A DNA stretch of 63,705 bases, the filler included, from Phoronis australis (lineage: Eukaryota; Animalia; Phoronida), in the NCBI GenBank assembly GCA_002633005.1. It is 5 parts of 5 records of this genome, joined end to end, with 100 filler letters (N's around TTAATTAATTAA, not from the genome) between each part and the next. Parts side by side here need not be neighbours in the genome. Positions count along the whole stretch, not along the records: positions 27,146 to 53,269 come from NMRA01001338.1; 4 more parts are not named here. One strand, written 5' to 3'. Shown in pieces: positions 29,056-41,380 of the stretch. How positions within the stretch are numbered: the first letter of the stretch is position 1; the number at the start of each line of letters is the position of its first letter. The notes beneath the pieces were generated by a model, which did not search any database, was not told where the DNA came from, and saw nothing but the letters and a program-made list of their open reading frames with translations. The translations under genes and the position numbers were made by a program.

Positions 29056-30397
29056 GCGTCTACTAACACAAACTAACTTAGTCTGCTGGCTGTAAAAAAT
29101 CGAGCTACGCCAACATCTCAACTTGTTGCGAAATCATTGTGTGCAAGAAGCCAACGCACTACAACTTGCTTTGTAAATCCGATGGTCTCTTTAGTCTCGA
29201 TAAGACACTGCAGCTCTTCGGAAAAACGTTCCAATTCTTTCAGAAATTCAGTTCTCCACAGGTTGGAATATGCAGCCTCTCACGCTTTGCTATTTTAAAG
29301 ACAGCACGTATTTAACTGGAGATATGGTCCGGACTAATCCGCATTTTTTGCGTAACGTATGCAGGTCCGCTATAAAACGACAGTAAACCTTCTTGAAATA
29401 GCGGGTGCGCCTTATTCTAACATTGTTGGGTTTTGTACATCATCCAGACCTCATCAGGGTATTACAAAACAATGATTTCCATGTAACTCAGCAATGAAAT
29501 CTCCAAAGATGGTGCCAGTCGGCAATGAGTCACTGTTAAGAACAAATTACAACTAGTAAGCATTAATGTCATTTTAAACTATTGAGAGTTTGCCAAAGTT
29601 TAACTGAGCACTCTTAACAGCCAAAGTAAGAAACTGCAGTCACTACTCAGTAGATATCACCAGGATGATGATTTTTTAATCCTGCAAAAAAGTAAAACGA
29701 AATTGATGAAATGAGCTTCGTAATGATTCGGTAACATGAAGCTTCCGACAAAGTTCAATGACTTTGCGGCATGTACTATGGGCCAAGCGTCAGTGTCAAA
29801 AACCACTCAATCGTTTATACTGATCCAGTTAAAATTAGCATGATTGTGCAAGGTTTCCATCACAGTACGACATATATTGTCCTCCAGGTGAGAACACGCA
29901 TCATTTCCTAAATTTTTGCGAAAATTAGTTCGCAGCAGCAAAATTTGTTCTGAAATTCTAAAAACTTGTAATGAAGTGAAACCAGTTCCAATAATTTGTT
30001 GTGACGTGCACGCAAGCACGTGAAAGAACCACAGTTGATTGAAGAATCGGTGAAAAAAGAAACTGGCCAATAGGTGACGCAATATTTCATGGCGCCGAAA
30101 GCCGTCGCTAAACATCACTCCACAGCAGCAGAATAACGGTAGAACGCCATTTTTCCAACACCGTAAAATAATTTTGTTTACTCAAGGAAGACTAGTTTTT
30201 AATGACACTAATTTTGAGTCAGATTTTATCTTCCCACTTTTGTACATACATTGGTGCAAAGCTGTATATTATACGGTTTTGTACCGAGGCTAGACCTCCC
30301 TACTCTACGTGCAAAAGGTAGCATTGATGTTGAAGTCAGCGAGGCACAATTCGCTGAAAATTTCCTGGCGTATGAAGTGCCTAGGCTATGTATAGGT

Positions 30398-30455
30398 TAG
30401 GCAATGACCATCGCCTCTGTTGGTTCGGGCCAACTGAGGTGATGGTCATTGCCTA
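30398..30455. mobile_element. 58-bp fold-back micro-MITE, copy 1
   Basis: taggcaatgaccatcgcctc...gaggtgatggtcattgccta, almost entirely palindromic. Confidence 0.8.
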
Positions 30456-30529
30456 TGTAAATAGTATGTATATCAGCTTCACTGTGTCAAAAGCGGAGAC
30501 AGTAGAGACAGTTTTCACTGTCTAAACGG

Positions 30530-30590
30530 TAGGCAATGACCATCGCCTCTGTTTCTGGTTCGGGCCAACAGAGGCGATGGTCATTGCCTA
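30530..30590. mobile_element. 61-bp fold-back micro-MITE, copy 2, with 9-bp TSD (Mutator-like)
   Basis: Perfect 24-bp TIRs; flanked by tctaaacgg at 30521-30529 and 30591-30599. Confidence 0.85.
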
Positions 30591-30939
30591 TCTAAACGGG
30601 TGATCAAGTGGCAATAGAGTCGGCAAAAAACTCTGACTTCAAAGCCAATTAATTAAAAATTGAGTGAAGGTATGGCAAAACTAACAACACAGACCAATTT
30701 CTAAACGCCGGCTTGTGCACAAGTGGATCGTGATTCCAGGTAAAAAATTAAAGTGTGGTGGTTAAAGTGGGACCGCTTCATCGGGCGCAATAACAGATAA
30801 AGTAGGTCAGGTGCAGTTTGGACAGAGATAGAAATACTTACGGCATGATTGAAATGGTGAGAATCTATTATTTTGGAATGTCTCGATTTCGAGTGAAAGA
30901 AGCTGGACTTTTCAAAAATAAGTTTGGCGGCGGGAGATT

Positions 30940-31060
30940 TAAAGGGGGCAGACATCTTGTTTAATGTGCATGCGCAACACGCACAACACACTTCCGGAGA
31001 TGACCAAGACTGCGTCTGTTGTCAGAGGATCGTTGTGGACTGGTTTATTTTTTGTCGGAA
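30940..31060 (+). promoter_or_regulatory. Putative CpG-enriched promoter/first-exon region upstream of ATMIN
   Basis: ETS-type cacttccgg (30989-30997) and cggaag, plus tgcatgcgca NRF1-like motif. Transcription start is not verifiable. Confidence 0.35.
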
Positions 31061-31162
31061 GCGAAAATTTATGTTATGAATTTAGTCAGTATTAACTAGG
31101 TATTTAGAGGATGTTGAACTATTGATATCTTTATCCCATCAACGTCAACTTAAGGTAAACAG

Positions 31163-31314
31163 TGTAGTAATAGCCGAGATTACCCGACCCGGGGATCGAA
31201 CCCGCGATCCCCATAAAAAACCCGGCAAGCGTGCTAACCATTCAGCTAATAGGCAATTGCCCGTTAGCGAGTAGCTAACAGAGGCTCATATAATTCACCG
31301 GAAGCACATCTACA
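31163..31314 (-). mobile_element. Small element with tRNA-derived Pol III boxes and TGTAG...CTACA ends (SINE- or mini-LTR-like)
   Basis: Minus strand A box tagctgaatggttag and B box ggttcgatccc (31183-31248); direct repeat aacagtgta at 31158 and 31317. Confidence 0.6.
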
Positions 31315-31789
31315 ACAACAGTGTAAATCGGGCGTGCTAATCGGATACAATGGATCCTAACTTATTCAAAATAAATCCACTAAATGTGAGTCTACTTGAA
31401 CCTGAATGATTTTGGTATCGTTGCATTCCTCAGACATCTGGCAATCCTCACATATCAACTTCAGTACCCTCAACTTCTCCGGTTTGTAAATACGCTATTC
31501 CGAAGTTGGTCCACTTTTAGCCACGCAAATTGTGAAATCGGCAGCCATTTCAAGGAACCTATTTTAATTATACCTAGAAGTAGTAGGCCTACGTAATAAT
31601 CTTTATTTAAAAGTTGGTGAGATTTAACTAGGAACCAATATTGGTTCCTAGGATTTAACAATGAAACGTTAGCACAAGTGCTATTATCCGACAAATTTAA
31701 AATCTACAAAATGGAAATACAGTACTAAAATACAAGCTAATTCTACTGTACAGAAAATGGTTACCCATAGAATATTAAATATAAATATA

Positions 31790-32790
31790 CACATAGGCCC
31801 TTCATGTTACGGAGCATGTAGACATCCGGAGCAGTTTTCACAAGAGCAGATCTCAGAGAAAAAATCATGAGCAAGAGTGACAAATTCATTTAAGGCAGTA
31901 CATTGTCTCATTACTGATGGCAATTAAGTTCCACAGCAAAGTACCTTTATGGAAGATTGAGTTAACCAGTAAGTCATGGTATTAAAGCGTTTCACATAGA
32001 GACAGTTTTCACCTCTGAGACCTATCCAGACTCTCTTAATTCAAGCTTTCCTGACAAAGGACAGGGTCCAATAACATGAATATTTTTGAATACTCCAATA
32101 GATAAACATTTCATCCGCCAACTAGTTAGAGAGCAGCTCCTAGCCTTATCTAAGAGTTTTGAGTAGCTTGACTCGCTGTCATTGAACACAAATTTTAAAG
32201 CACGGTGGTGTATCTTTTCCATTTTCCTACTTTTCTGTATTCCACATAGGTGCCAAATGAGGGGGCAAGTAATATAACTAAAGCTTACTGGTAGTGCCTA
32301 AATCATTATGAATACGGAACAAGGCATTCATTTGTCTAGAACCTTTTTTGCAAATAACATCAATGTGCTCATGGAGTTTTAACAGGCCGTCAAGTTGGAC
32401 ACCTAGCAGCTTAACGGACTCTTCACACTCAATCATAGTATCACCAGACATGAAATACGTATCATTATTATGTACACGTTACCTAGAAAAGATGATCGAC
32501 TTGAAGTTACCAGGGTTTACAGCTATTCCATTAGAGGAGAACCAATCCATTGCCATCTGCCCAGCTACCTTAAGGCTGAGGCGAACTGCAGATAAAGAGG
32601 AGCCTGCTTGCAATAGGGTATTGTCATCAGGGTAATTATATAACTTACAGTGACCACTTCTAGCGTAAAATATATCATTGATAAAAATGTTGAATAACAT
32701 GGGGCCTAAGACAGACCCTTGGGGAACGCCCTTGGGGACATTTAACCAGTCACTGACAGTGGAGCCAATTTTCACTCTCGTCCTTCTATC
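31790..32790 (-). mobile_element. 5'-truncated LINE (CR1/L2-group-like) reverse transcriptase fragment
   Basis: GVPQGSVLGPMLFNIFINDI and YPDDNTL (degenerate YADD), followed by EKIHHRALKFVFND; stops and frameshifts present. Confidence 0.85.
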
Positions 32791-34707
32791 ACTATTGCCA
32801 TCTATTGGCGATCTGCTACAACACGTGCTGTAGACCTACATTTAGTGGATTTATTATGAATAAGTTGAGGTCCATTATATCCGACTAGATCGCTAGATTG
32901 TCGTGAGAGACCTTCTGGAGTTGGTATCTGTCTACTCCGGACGGTCTGGGCTGAACAGAAAGCCAATGATCTATTCGTTTGGATTATTTGCCCATGGAGC
33001 TGATGGATTAATGATAAGAGCTGCCTGAAGAAATATTACTCGCGCGTTTGAATTTTCGCCCTCTTCAACCAACAACATGTACAAATTTAAGAATTATATT
33101 CTTCGTAAAAATCTGAACACAAACTTCTTTTCTCTATTATCGTTGACGTTTTCAGTCTGGGCCAGGCTGGCAGAGTGGACAATTGTCACAAAAGATTACG
33201 GAGCGGTTTCTCTGTAAACGAAAAAAGACGTTAGAAGTGACTTAGCCCCTACATTTAACACTTTCAAACTATTTTCATGCTGTATTGCAAACATGAGTAA
33301 AAACAGTTGTAGTTTAGTAGTAAAAATGCAAATTTAGTCATGAACCTAGTGCAAAATCTGCAAGAACCTAACTTGCGCAATCTAGTGAGTAGTTAGTCTT
33401 TCCGGTACAGCAAGTGAGAACGGCTGTGTAGTTTTTTTCACTTACAATTGAAATATTAGACATTTCAAAATGAATGCTGGGAAAAAGTAAGGGGGGTACA
33501 TATTTGCTCTCCATTTTAAATTGATCATTGTGAACACAGCTCTGAAAATCACGCATCGTCGTTGCGCACAGGGCATTGAGACTTAAGTCTCCCGAAACAA
33601 GTTGACTGTCGGATGGTTTATAAAAGTGTAATTCTTTATTTCTCCTGTGAGTCTGCACCAAGGTGATAAATCAGAGTAGTTCTGCTTGCTGGGTCAGCTA
33701 TAGGTATAATTATCTCTTTATTCCACAAGGCGTAACTGGACAAAGCCTTTTCAAATTACTGTATCTATAAGCCAGTGGAGTGTGAGACCCCTGAGGTCCC
33801 TGCCACATTAGGACCTAGCAAAAATCTAGGCAATACGTAGCCCTTCGGTTGGGTGGTTAGGGCCTACAATTGCTTTCTGTACTAATTTTGTCCCGTGTAT
33901 ATAAAATGGGCAGTAGGCGAAATCCGCTCACTGATTAAGAGTTTTCACCTCGTCAAAAATACATTGTACACTTAAAAGAGAGGTTACATTCTTGAGTCGT
34001 GATTCTTTCTGCTTCTGCACATATCTTCGATGAGGGGGCTTGGGGGCTTGAATGAGCCCCCCCCCATTTGGCGAAATGGGCAAAAAGGTCTGCTCCTGAG
34101 AGACAAAAAGTCTGAGAAAATGGGACTAAAGTCCACTAAATAAGCGCAAACGCGCACTTCACAGTGGTGCTCCCGTTTTTTAGTCCGCGCACCGCTCTTT
34201 TGTTAGCAAAAGGTCCACAACTTCAGAAATTCGGCCCCCTCCCCCCATATTGAAGGCTGGGTGCGCACATGGACTCTGCTGGCCAGGTTAAGAAATAAAG
34301 CTTCCAAGTGGTATAAGAAAGTTCACACTGTAGCCCAGTACCCAGAAGATTTTCTTTATTAAGTACTCACTTTTCTATCAAAGTCACATGCCTGTTAAAA
34401 AACCTACCACATATAAAGGAAATGGTTGGAAAGCCGTCATTGCATAATACTGCCAAATGCTGCTGATTTTCTCACTGCCTTCACTGTCAAAATTTAATTA
34501 TCAATTGCTGCTTTTACTGTGCTGAGGGAGCAGATATTGAGCAAAAGATGGTCTTGAATCTTTTTTCATTTGGTATTTTCGTACTCAAATTTTACCTGGT
34601 GTCGAAGTTTCGCTTTAATTAGTATTTTTTTAATGTTGAGCGTCCATGGGGTGGGGGGTAGAGAATGTAATGTGCAACGGTGGGACCTGCCGCTGAGCTT
34701 GGTGCCA

Positions 34708-36697
34708 TTTTTATGCGCCCACATATTTATATGTGGACGCATTATGCCATCATCTCTGTCCGTCCGTCCGTCCGTCCGGGCGGCGTCCGTCCGGCGTCTG
34801 GCGTCCGGCGTCCGCTGCTCTATCTCCAAAACCCTTTGACATACGTTCATGAAATTTGGCACATATGTTCCATTCATGAATGGGACGTCATGTGCGAACT
34901 TTCGGACGGATCCGACTACCGATGTGCCCCCTAGTGGCAATTTTAGTTTTTTACGCTTACCTTTGTATCTTCAAAAGTCCTGAACGGATTTTCATGAAAT
35001 TTGGTATGTAGGCACCTAGTAGTGAGATGACGCTATCCTGCCGTTTTCGGATGGATTCGACATAGTTTGCGCCACCTAGTGGCCATTTTAGTGTTTTCGA
35101 GTCTGTTTTTGTGCTTCCACCCCTCTATCAACCAAACCGCTCAAAGGATGATTGTGAAAATTGGCATGTATGTGCTTACTATGTAGAGGACGGTTGACTA
35201 TGATTTTCCGACGATTTCGACTACTGTGGCGCCTCCTAGTGGCAGTTTTGTTTTTTTGCGCCTATGGCTGTATCTCCTAAACCGTTCGCAGGATCTTTAC
35301 GAAATTGTGTAAGTATATTTATATGATGTTAACAACGGAAGATGACGACTTTTGGACGGATCCGACTACCGGTGTGCCCCCTAGTGGCAATTTTAATTTT
35401 TTTACGCTTACCTTTGTATCTTCACAAGTCCTTATTGGATTTTCATGAAATTTGGTATGTAGGCACCTATTAGTGAGATGACGCTATCCTCCCGTTTTCA
35501 GATGGATTCGACATAGTTTGCGCCACCTAGTGGCCATTTTTAGTGTTTTCGAGTCTGTTTTTGTGCGTCCACCCCTCTATCAACCAAACCGCTCAAAGGA
35601 TGATTGTGAAAATTGGCATGTATATGCTTACTATGTAGAGGATGGTTGACGATGATTTTCCGACGATTTCGACTACTGTGGCGCCTCCTAGTGGCAGTTT
35701 TGTTTTTTTGCGCCTATGGCTGTATCTCCTAAACCGTTCGCAGGATCTTTACAAATTGTGTAAGTATATTTATATGATGTTAACAACGGAAGATGACGAC
35801 TTTTGGTCGGATCCGACTACCGGTGTGCCCCCTAGTGGCAATTTTAGTTTTTTACGCTTACCTTTGTATCTTCAAAAGTATTGAACGGATTTTCATGAAA
35901 TTTGGTATGTAGGCACCTATTAGTGAGATGACGCTATCCTACTGTTTTCAGATGGATTCGACGTAGTTTGCGCCACCTAGTGGCCATTTTTACTGTTTTC
36001 GAGTCTGTATTTTTGCGTCCACCCCTCTATCAACCAAACCGCTCAAAGGATGATTGTGAAAATTGGCGTGTATGTGCTTACTATAAGGAAGACAGCTGAC
36101 AATGATTTTCAGACGATTTGGACTACTGTGGCGCCTCCTAGTGGCAGTTTTGTTTTTTTGCGCCCATGGCTGTATCTCCCAAACCGTTTGCAGGATCTTT
36201 ACTAAATTTAGCAAGTGTATTTATGTGATGTTGACAACGGACGATGACGACTTTAGGATGATTCTGATTACCGGTATGCCTCTAGTGGCAATTTTAGTAT
36301 TTGCCTCTAGTGGCAATTTTAGTATTTTACATTGACCTCTGTATTTTCATAGGTCTTCAGGTGTATACTTTGTGTTACTTCGTGACTGTGAAGGAAAAGT
36401 TCCAAGTAGAAATTTGTTTCTGGCATTCTAATGCTGTGCTAATCTCGTATGTTGGTAAATTTGTTTTTAATTCTATGTTTCTGTGGTGCTTTAAGCAACT
36501 GGTGTATAGGATGTGCTTGTATTATGAAGATTACTCACATTTTGCCCCTAGCCTATTGAGGAGACAATGACCATGCCTTTCCATTTTGCAAAGTATGCCC
36601 TCTACTGGCCACTTTATGGTACCAATAAACAACCCTAGAAGGATACCGTATGCGGTGCAATTGTGGGCACATTTCAACGCTCCGCGTTGCTCTTGTT
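34708..36697 (+). mobile_element. Full-length DINE-1/HINE-like (Helentron-associated) element with internal ~450-bp tandem array
   Basis: T-run, subTIR atgcgcccaca (34713) with inverted partner (34732), (gtcc)n microsatellite, ~3.5 units (ggatccgactac at 34908, 35358, 35809), 3' subTIR tgtgggcacat (36662), hairpin caacgc-tcc-gcgttg, end ctcttgtt. Confidence 0.82.
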
Positions 36698-37393
36698 CAA
36701 TTTTTTGGTTCAGATTTGGGTCGCATTTTTATTGTTTTGGCATAAATTTGGGGTCTCACTTCGGGTATGAAAATGGAATAAGTAAATTCACTTTTGCTCG
36801 ATATAAGTTTGGTTTGATAATTCTCAGCATAGTTGGAATAACGAGTCACGATTTTCAGTTGTTGGCAAATTCAGCAACCCCAGGTAGCAACCAGTAATCT
36901 TTAGAATTTTCCTGCTGAGGTATAAATATGGATATCGAAATTGCTCACGCTTTTAACTCTGAACATGGTTGCAGTTTTTCAGTTTGGCTTGGTATAAACA
37001 TTGCCCCAGATTTGGAAGCCGGTCTCATGGGCGGCGCACCATAGCCCTCCTTTTTTCAGTGCTGCACCGCCCATGGGTCTTCTCCCTTCCGCCCAAAAAT
37101 TGACAAGTATGAGTGCCCCCCATGTTCAGCAACACCCCCTGTGCAATATGTGGACTGGAAGTGAAAGTAGGCGTTGATGTTGAGGGCGAACAGGAAATGT
37201 ATGTAGAGTGCATGGAATGACAATCCCAAAAGTATTGTAGCTGGGGGACTTGTCACTGGGGTCGGTTTAGAAGTACTACCTCAGTCCTTGTGCTCAGTGT
37301 TGAGCAGGACTAACTTAGCTGATCTGAGATATCAGGCATGTGCACAATAACTGTACATTTCATAATCAACATGTTTTTCTTCGGTAATTTCAG

Positions 37394-37596
37394 GTTTTGT
37401 GATGTTCCAAATTGATGAAGTCAACACCTTAAAATATGGAGAGGACCAGAAGAAAGTGATCACTGTCTTTCCAAACTCTGGTGTTATTTTGGGTGCTAAC
37501 CGAAACATCTGTTGCAATGTTGGTGACTGCCGGCGACGGTTTGCTGTTGTGGGAGGCCTGTTGCGTCACTGGTCATTTGAACATTTTAATAAGCGG
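37394..37596 (+). CDS. ATMIN: ATMIN/ASCIZ exon with zinc finger 1 (NICCNVGDC...LRHWSFEH); ATG at 37402 may be the start
   Basis: C-x4-C-x12-H-x4-H finger preceded by the ATMIN-like P...RNI.C; tttcag acceptor, gtaagg donor; phase 0 joins 39645. Confidence 0.78.
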
Positions 37597-37971
37597 GTAA
37601 GGTGCATTAATGATTGTGGAGGTATAAATCAGTAGTAATTTGATTTTTTACTAATTGCAATCAGGGCCCATAATTTTCCAGGGCAAAGAATATTAATATC
37701 CACAAACCCTAAGGAAGGTAAAGATTACTGTTTTACGAACATCTTCAGACATCTTCATCTAATCAACTTCCTCAAACTCTGGCCTTCGGCCATTATGAAT
37801 TAAACCCTTGGAACACCACATTTGCCTGCCTGTTGTCACCAATTTCATTCGTAACCTGTTGTCACTATCATTGCCAGTTTCGCAGGTCCCCAGCTACCGC
37901 ATGTAATGTTTTAGATTTGCTGGGAGGCACATTTATTATTCTATGTACTGTCAGATTAAAAGGATTCCAAC

Positions 37972-38219
37972 CAGGGCTGGGACTGACTAATGACAAAGAA
38001 AAGAAAATTTTCCAGGCGATGTATCGTTACACAAATAGACTTGTGTGATAGAAATAGTTTTTGTGTTGTAAAATTTAACTGAAATAAACATTTTTGTATG
38101 AATGAAGTTAAGATAACGATAAACAGGAGATGAAAAAGGAAGAAACTGTAAATCAAATGAGAGGAAATCAAAACCAAAAAAGAGGATATCCTCTTAAAAG
38201 AGAAAAATTTCAAGCGTTA
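37972..38219. mobile_element. MITE of the CAGGG/6-bp-TSD family, reverse orientation
   Basis: Reverse-complement similarity to 9204-9452; flanks tccaac/accaac. Confidence 0.65.
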
Positions 38220-39644
38220 ACCAACCTATTGATAGATATTAAAAATGACTTTCAAATCCAGTTCTCTGAATCAAATACTAGTAGTGGTCTGTAATACTCT
38301 ACAACCCTCAAAAGTTTGGAGGAAAATTGAGGACTCCTTTCAAAGTTTACTAAACGGTCAAGCATGGCCTACACTTTTAGTGAATCCAGTATACAGTAAC
38401 TGTAGGTAATGACCACCTACCAAGGACCAATAATGTGCAATCTGTGAAATAGGGAGTAGGAAGTTTCAGTTGATTCCTGCCTTGAACTTGGAAGGGTGAC
38501 ACCAGTAATGCATTAGCAGGTGATAGAACGTGGATTGGTGGAAATTATCACAACAGGGATTAGTATCCTTTTAAATAAACAGTTGTTCTTCCCTCTTTTA
38601 TATAGGCTGTACATATGGTTGATTTATTCAAAAAATATTTTAAAAATTTAAAAGAGTGCATTTAGCAATTATAGAAAATGCCTAGAAACTGTAAACTTTA
38701 ATTTAATAAAAGTGTATATTTTCTGAAAGTAGAAAGCCTGTAGAATTTGTTTAGCTTTTTACCAATCTGCTAATAATTGAGTCACGTCTTTTTAATATAA
38801 TTAAGCGAAAGAGAAAGGTACATAAAGTAAAACAATGGTATCATTAACATGATCAAATTTTATTTCATACAAATGTTCAAAGTGAAATATCAAAAACGCT
38901 TTTACAGTTTTGGTTTTCATTTTATGCAACTTTTTTCATGAAAATTATGAAAGTCCTATTTTATGATATCCCTTGTGAAGAATTGAAAATTTTAAAAACA
39001 ATTCCTAACAGCATTTTAAAACAATAGATAAAGCATTGTATCTTAAAGTTTCGTATGAATCCAATTAGCCATTTCTGAGATATGATGTTCCAAAGTTAGC
39101 CAAATGTGGCCATTTTTAAAGGGTCCTACATAATTAATTGTTAATTGGGAAGCACGAATACAGATCAATAATTGTCTTGTCTGTTCATGTTGGTATCAAT
39201 TTCTTCTGCAAAGGCATTGGTTTACTTTGTCATTTTTCCTCAATATAGCCTTCAGCAATCATACTTTGCAGTATGCAAACTGAGCTTGTCAAGGATTTGT
39301 TTGTAGAAACTAATTACAGCTGATCAAGACCCTTGCTGGGAATTAGTTGATCAATGTTAACCTGCTTTACACACATATGTACGGGTTCCTGTACACTTAT
39401 GTTTGTGAAACCTCTCTGATAGCTCTGGCTTTCTAAATTTGTTACATTTCCCTTACACACCCATTTCAGTCCCCATTGCCAATGGATGGCAATGCTTTTA
39501 ATCTGTTTTCATTGGTGCTTTAAAAAATACACGTATCTGTCAGTACTAATGTATGTTATAAAAACTAAGGCTATGGAGAAATTCATGTTGTGATTTGCAT
39601 TTGTTTCATCTTGTCTTTCTAATCATGAAATAATTGACTTCCAG

Positions 39645-39967
39645 AATGGTTACTCACTACGTTTCCACTGTCCAGAAGAAGACTGCTGTTACCATAGCAG
39701 CGCTGATGACAACGCCAAGTACTTCACCAATATGAAACTGTTGAGGCAGCACTACTTGATAAAGCATGGAGAGGCTACACACACCTGTGACAAGTGTGGC
39801 CTGAAGTTCAGCCTTCAACGCCTGTTGGTGGCCCATTTGCCAACATGCGGCATGAACTTTGCATGCGGCAGCTGTGACATGACGTATCCCTGCCGGACGA
39901 GCCTTCTCACCCACTGTCACAGGGCCCGCCACACTCTGCCAAAGAAGTATAGAACGGCCAAATCCAA
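39645..39967 (+). CDS. ATMIN: ATMIN/ASCIZ exon with zinc fingers 2-4
   Basis: FHCPEEDC...LLRQHYLIKH-GEATHTCDKC...HLPTCGMNFACGSC...LLTHCHRARHTLP has the ATMIN finger arrangement; ttccag acceptor, gtatgt donor; phase 0-2. Confidence 0.88.
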
Positions 39968-40693
39968 GTATGTGGAAGATTCATTGTGTTCTGCACAAAA
40001 ATAATTACTAAAACTATCATTTCTCAATTTTTCAAATGCCATAGTTTGCTACAAATATTCAAAAGCTGCGTGGTACAAATCATGCTAAAATGATAAATTG
40101 TAGGGGAGAGTGTGACAAGTTGAAACATTTCCCTTATTATGCACCCACATATTTCTATGTGGATGCATATTACCATCATCTCTGTGTGGGCGTCCAGCGT
40201 GAAGGCATCCGGCGTCCGCAGAGATATCTCCTAAAGCAGTGGCAGGGTCTTGATCAGATTTGGCAGGTGTGTTCCTATTAAGCTGATGATAACAAATTTC
40301 AGACGGATCTGACTGCTGGTGTGCCTTCTAGTGGCAATTTTAGTTTTAATATGTTTTCCTCTGTATCTTCAAAGGTCCTCAACGAATTTTCATGAAATTT
40401 GGCGCATAGGTTTGCATTAGTAAGATGATGCTATCCTTCCGTTTTCAGATGGATTCAAAGTATTTTGCATCACCTAGTGGCCATGTTTTCTGTTTTCGAA
40501 TCTATTTGTTGGCGTCCGCCTCTCTCTCTCAGCCAAACCACTTTAAGGATAATTGTGAAAATTGGCATATATGTTCATAGTTTGAAGAGGGAATAGTTTT
40601 CCAATGACTGACTACAGTGCCGCCTCCTAGTGCCATTTTGTTACGTGCATAGCTGTATCATCTATTACCCTTACTGGATGTTGATGAGATTTG

Positions 40694-41179
40694 CAGGGCT
40701 TGGAATTTTCCGCGGAAACGCGGATTTCCGCTTTTTTCAAATGTTCTGTCCACGCATTTTATTATATTTCCGCGTAAAAAAAAATCGGATTTGATATAAA
40801 ATTTCCGCGGCAAATTCCTTTCTTACCACGGCGTTGCAGACGACGTTCACCTCGAAAAGCGGAAGTTGCTCTTTATGTTTCGGAGGAAGGTAAATTGTCA
40901 ACATTGCCAGGGCATCTGGGATAGCGTGGTGGGATTTTCAATGGCGTCTCATGTTATTGTAAACCGCAGCTAAAAATGTGTGGGATGGGAGTGGATGAAC
41001 GAGCTAAAAGAACGCAGACGCATGCTACTGATGGTGGTAACGTTTTTTATTTTATTTTTTTGTCCTCCCGATTTTTGTCGGGGAAAAGGTTCACATCGAC
41101 CATTTCAAGGCTGGGTAGCGCGCATGATTTGGGCCGTAAAAGTTTCCACGTTTTTTGTGATTGGTCATTCTAAGCCCTG
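40694..41179. mobile_element. MITE with CAGGGCTTGGAA TIRs and 6-bp TSD
   Basis: cagggcttggaa...ttctaagccctg; TSD gatttg/gatttg. Confidence 0.88.
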
Positions 41180-41380
41180 GATTTGGCAGATATGTTTCTA
41201 CGAAGCTTTGACAGATGACACATTTTGGGACGGATCCGACTACCGGTGTGCCCTCTATTGGCAATTTTAGTTTTTTACATTTACCCCTGTATCTTCAAAG
41301 CTCCTCTACGAATTTTTGTGAAATTTGGCACGTGGGCATCTGTTAGTAATATGATGCTATCTTTTTGTTTGTGGATGGAT

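Noticed and set aside
29110-29290. Minus-strand open stretch (AYSNLWRTEFLKELERF...) as an exon of a gene divergent from ATMIN
   Set aside because: In-frame stop between the nearest acceptor and the stretch; no recognisable homology.
31183-31248. Functional tRNA gene
   Set aside because: A and B boxes are present, but the anticodon arm is replaced by a T-run and no complete acceptor stem is seen; treated as a tRNA-derived repeat.
34566-36570. Several 70-125-aa ORFs
   Set aside because: All lie within the non-autonomous DINE-1/HINE-like element; no domain similarity.
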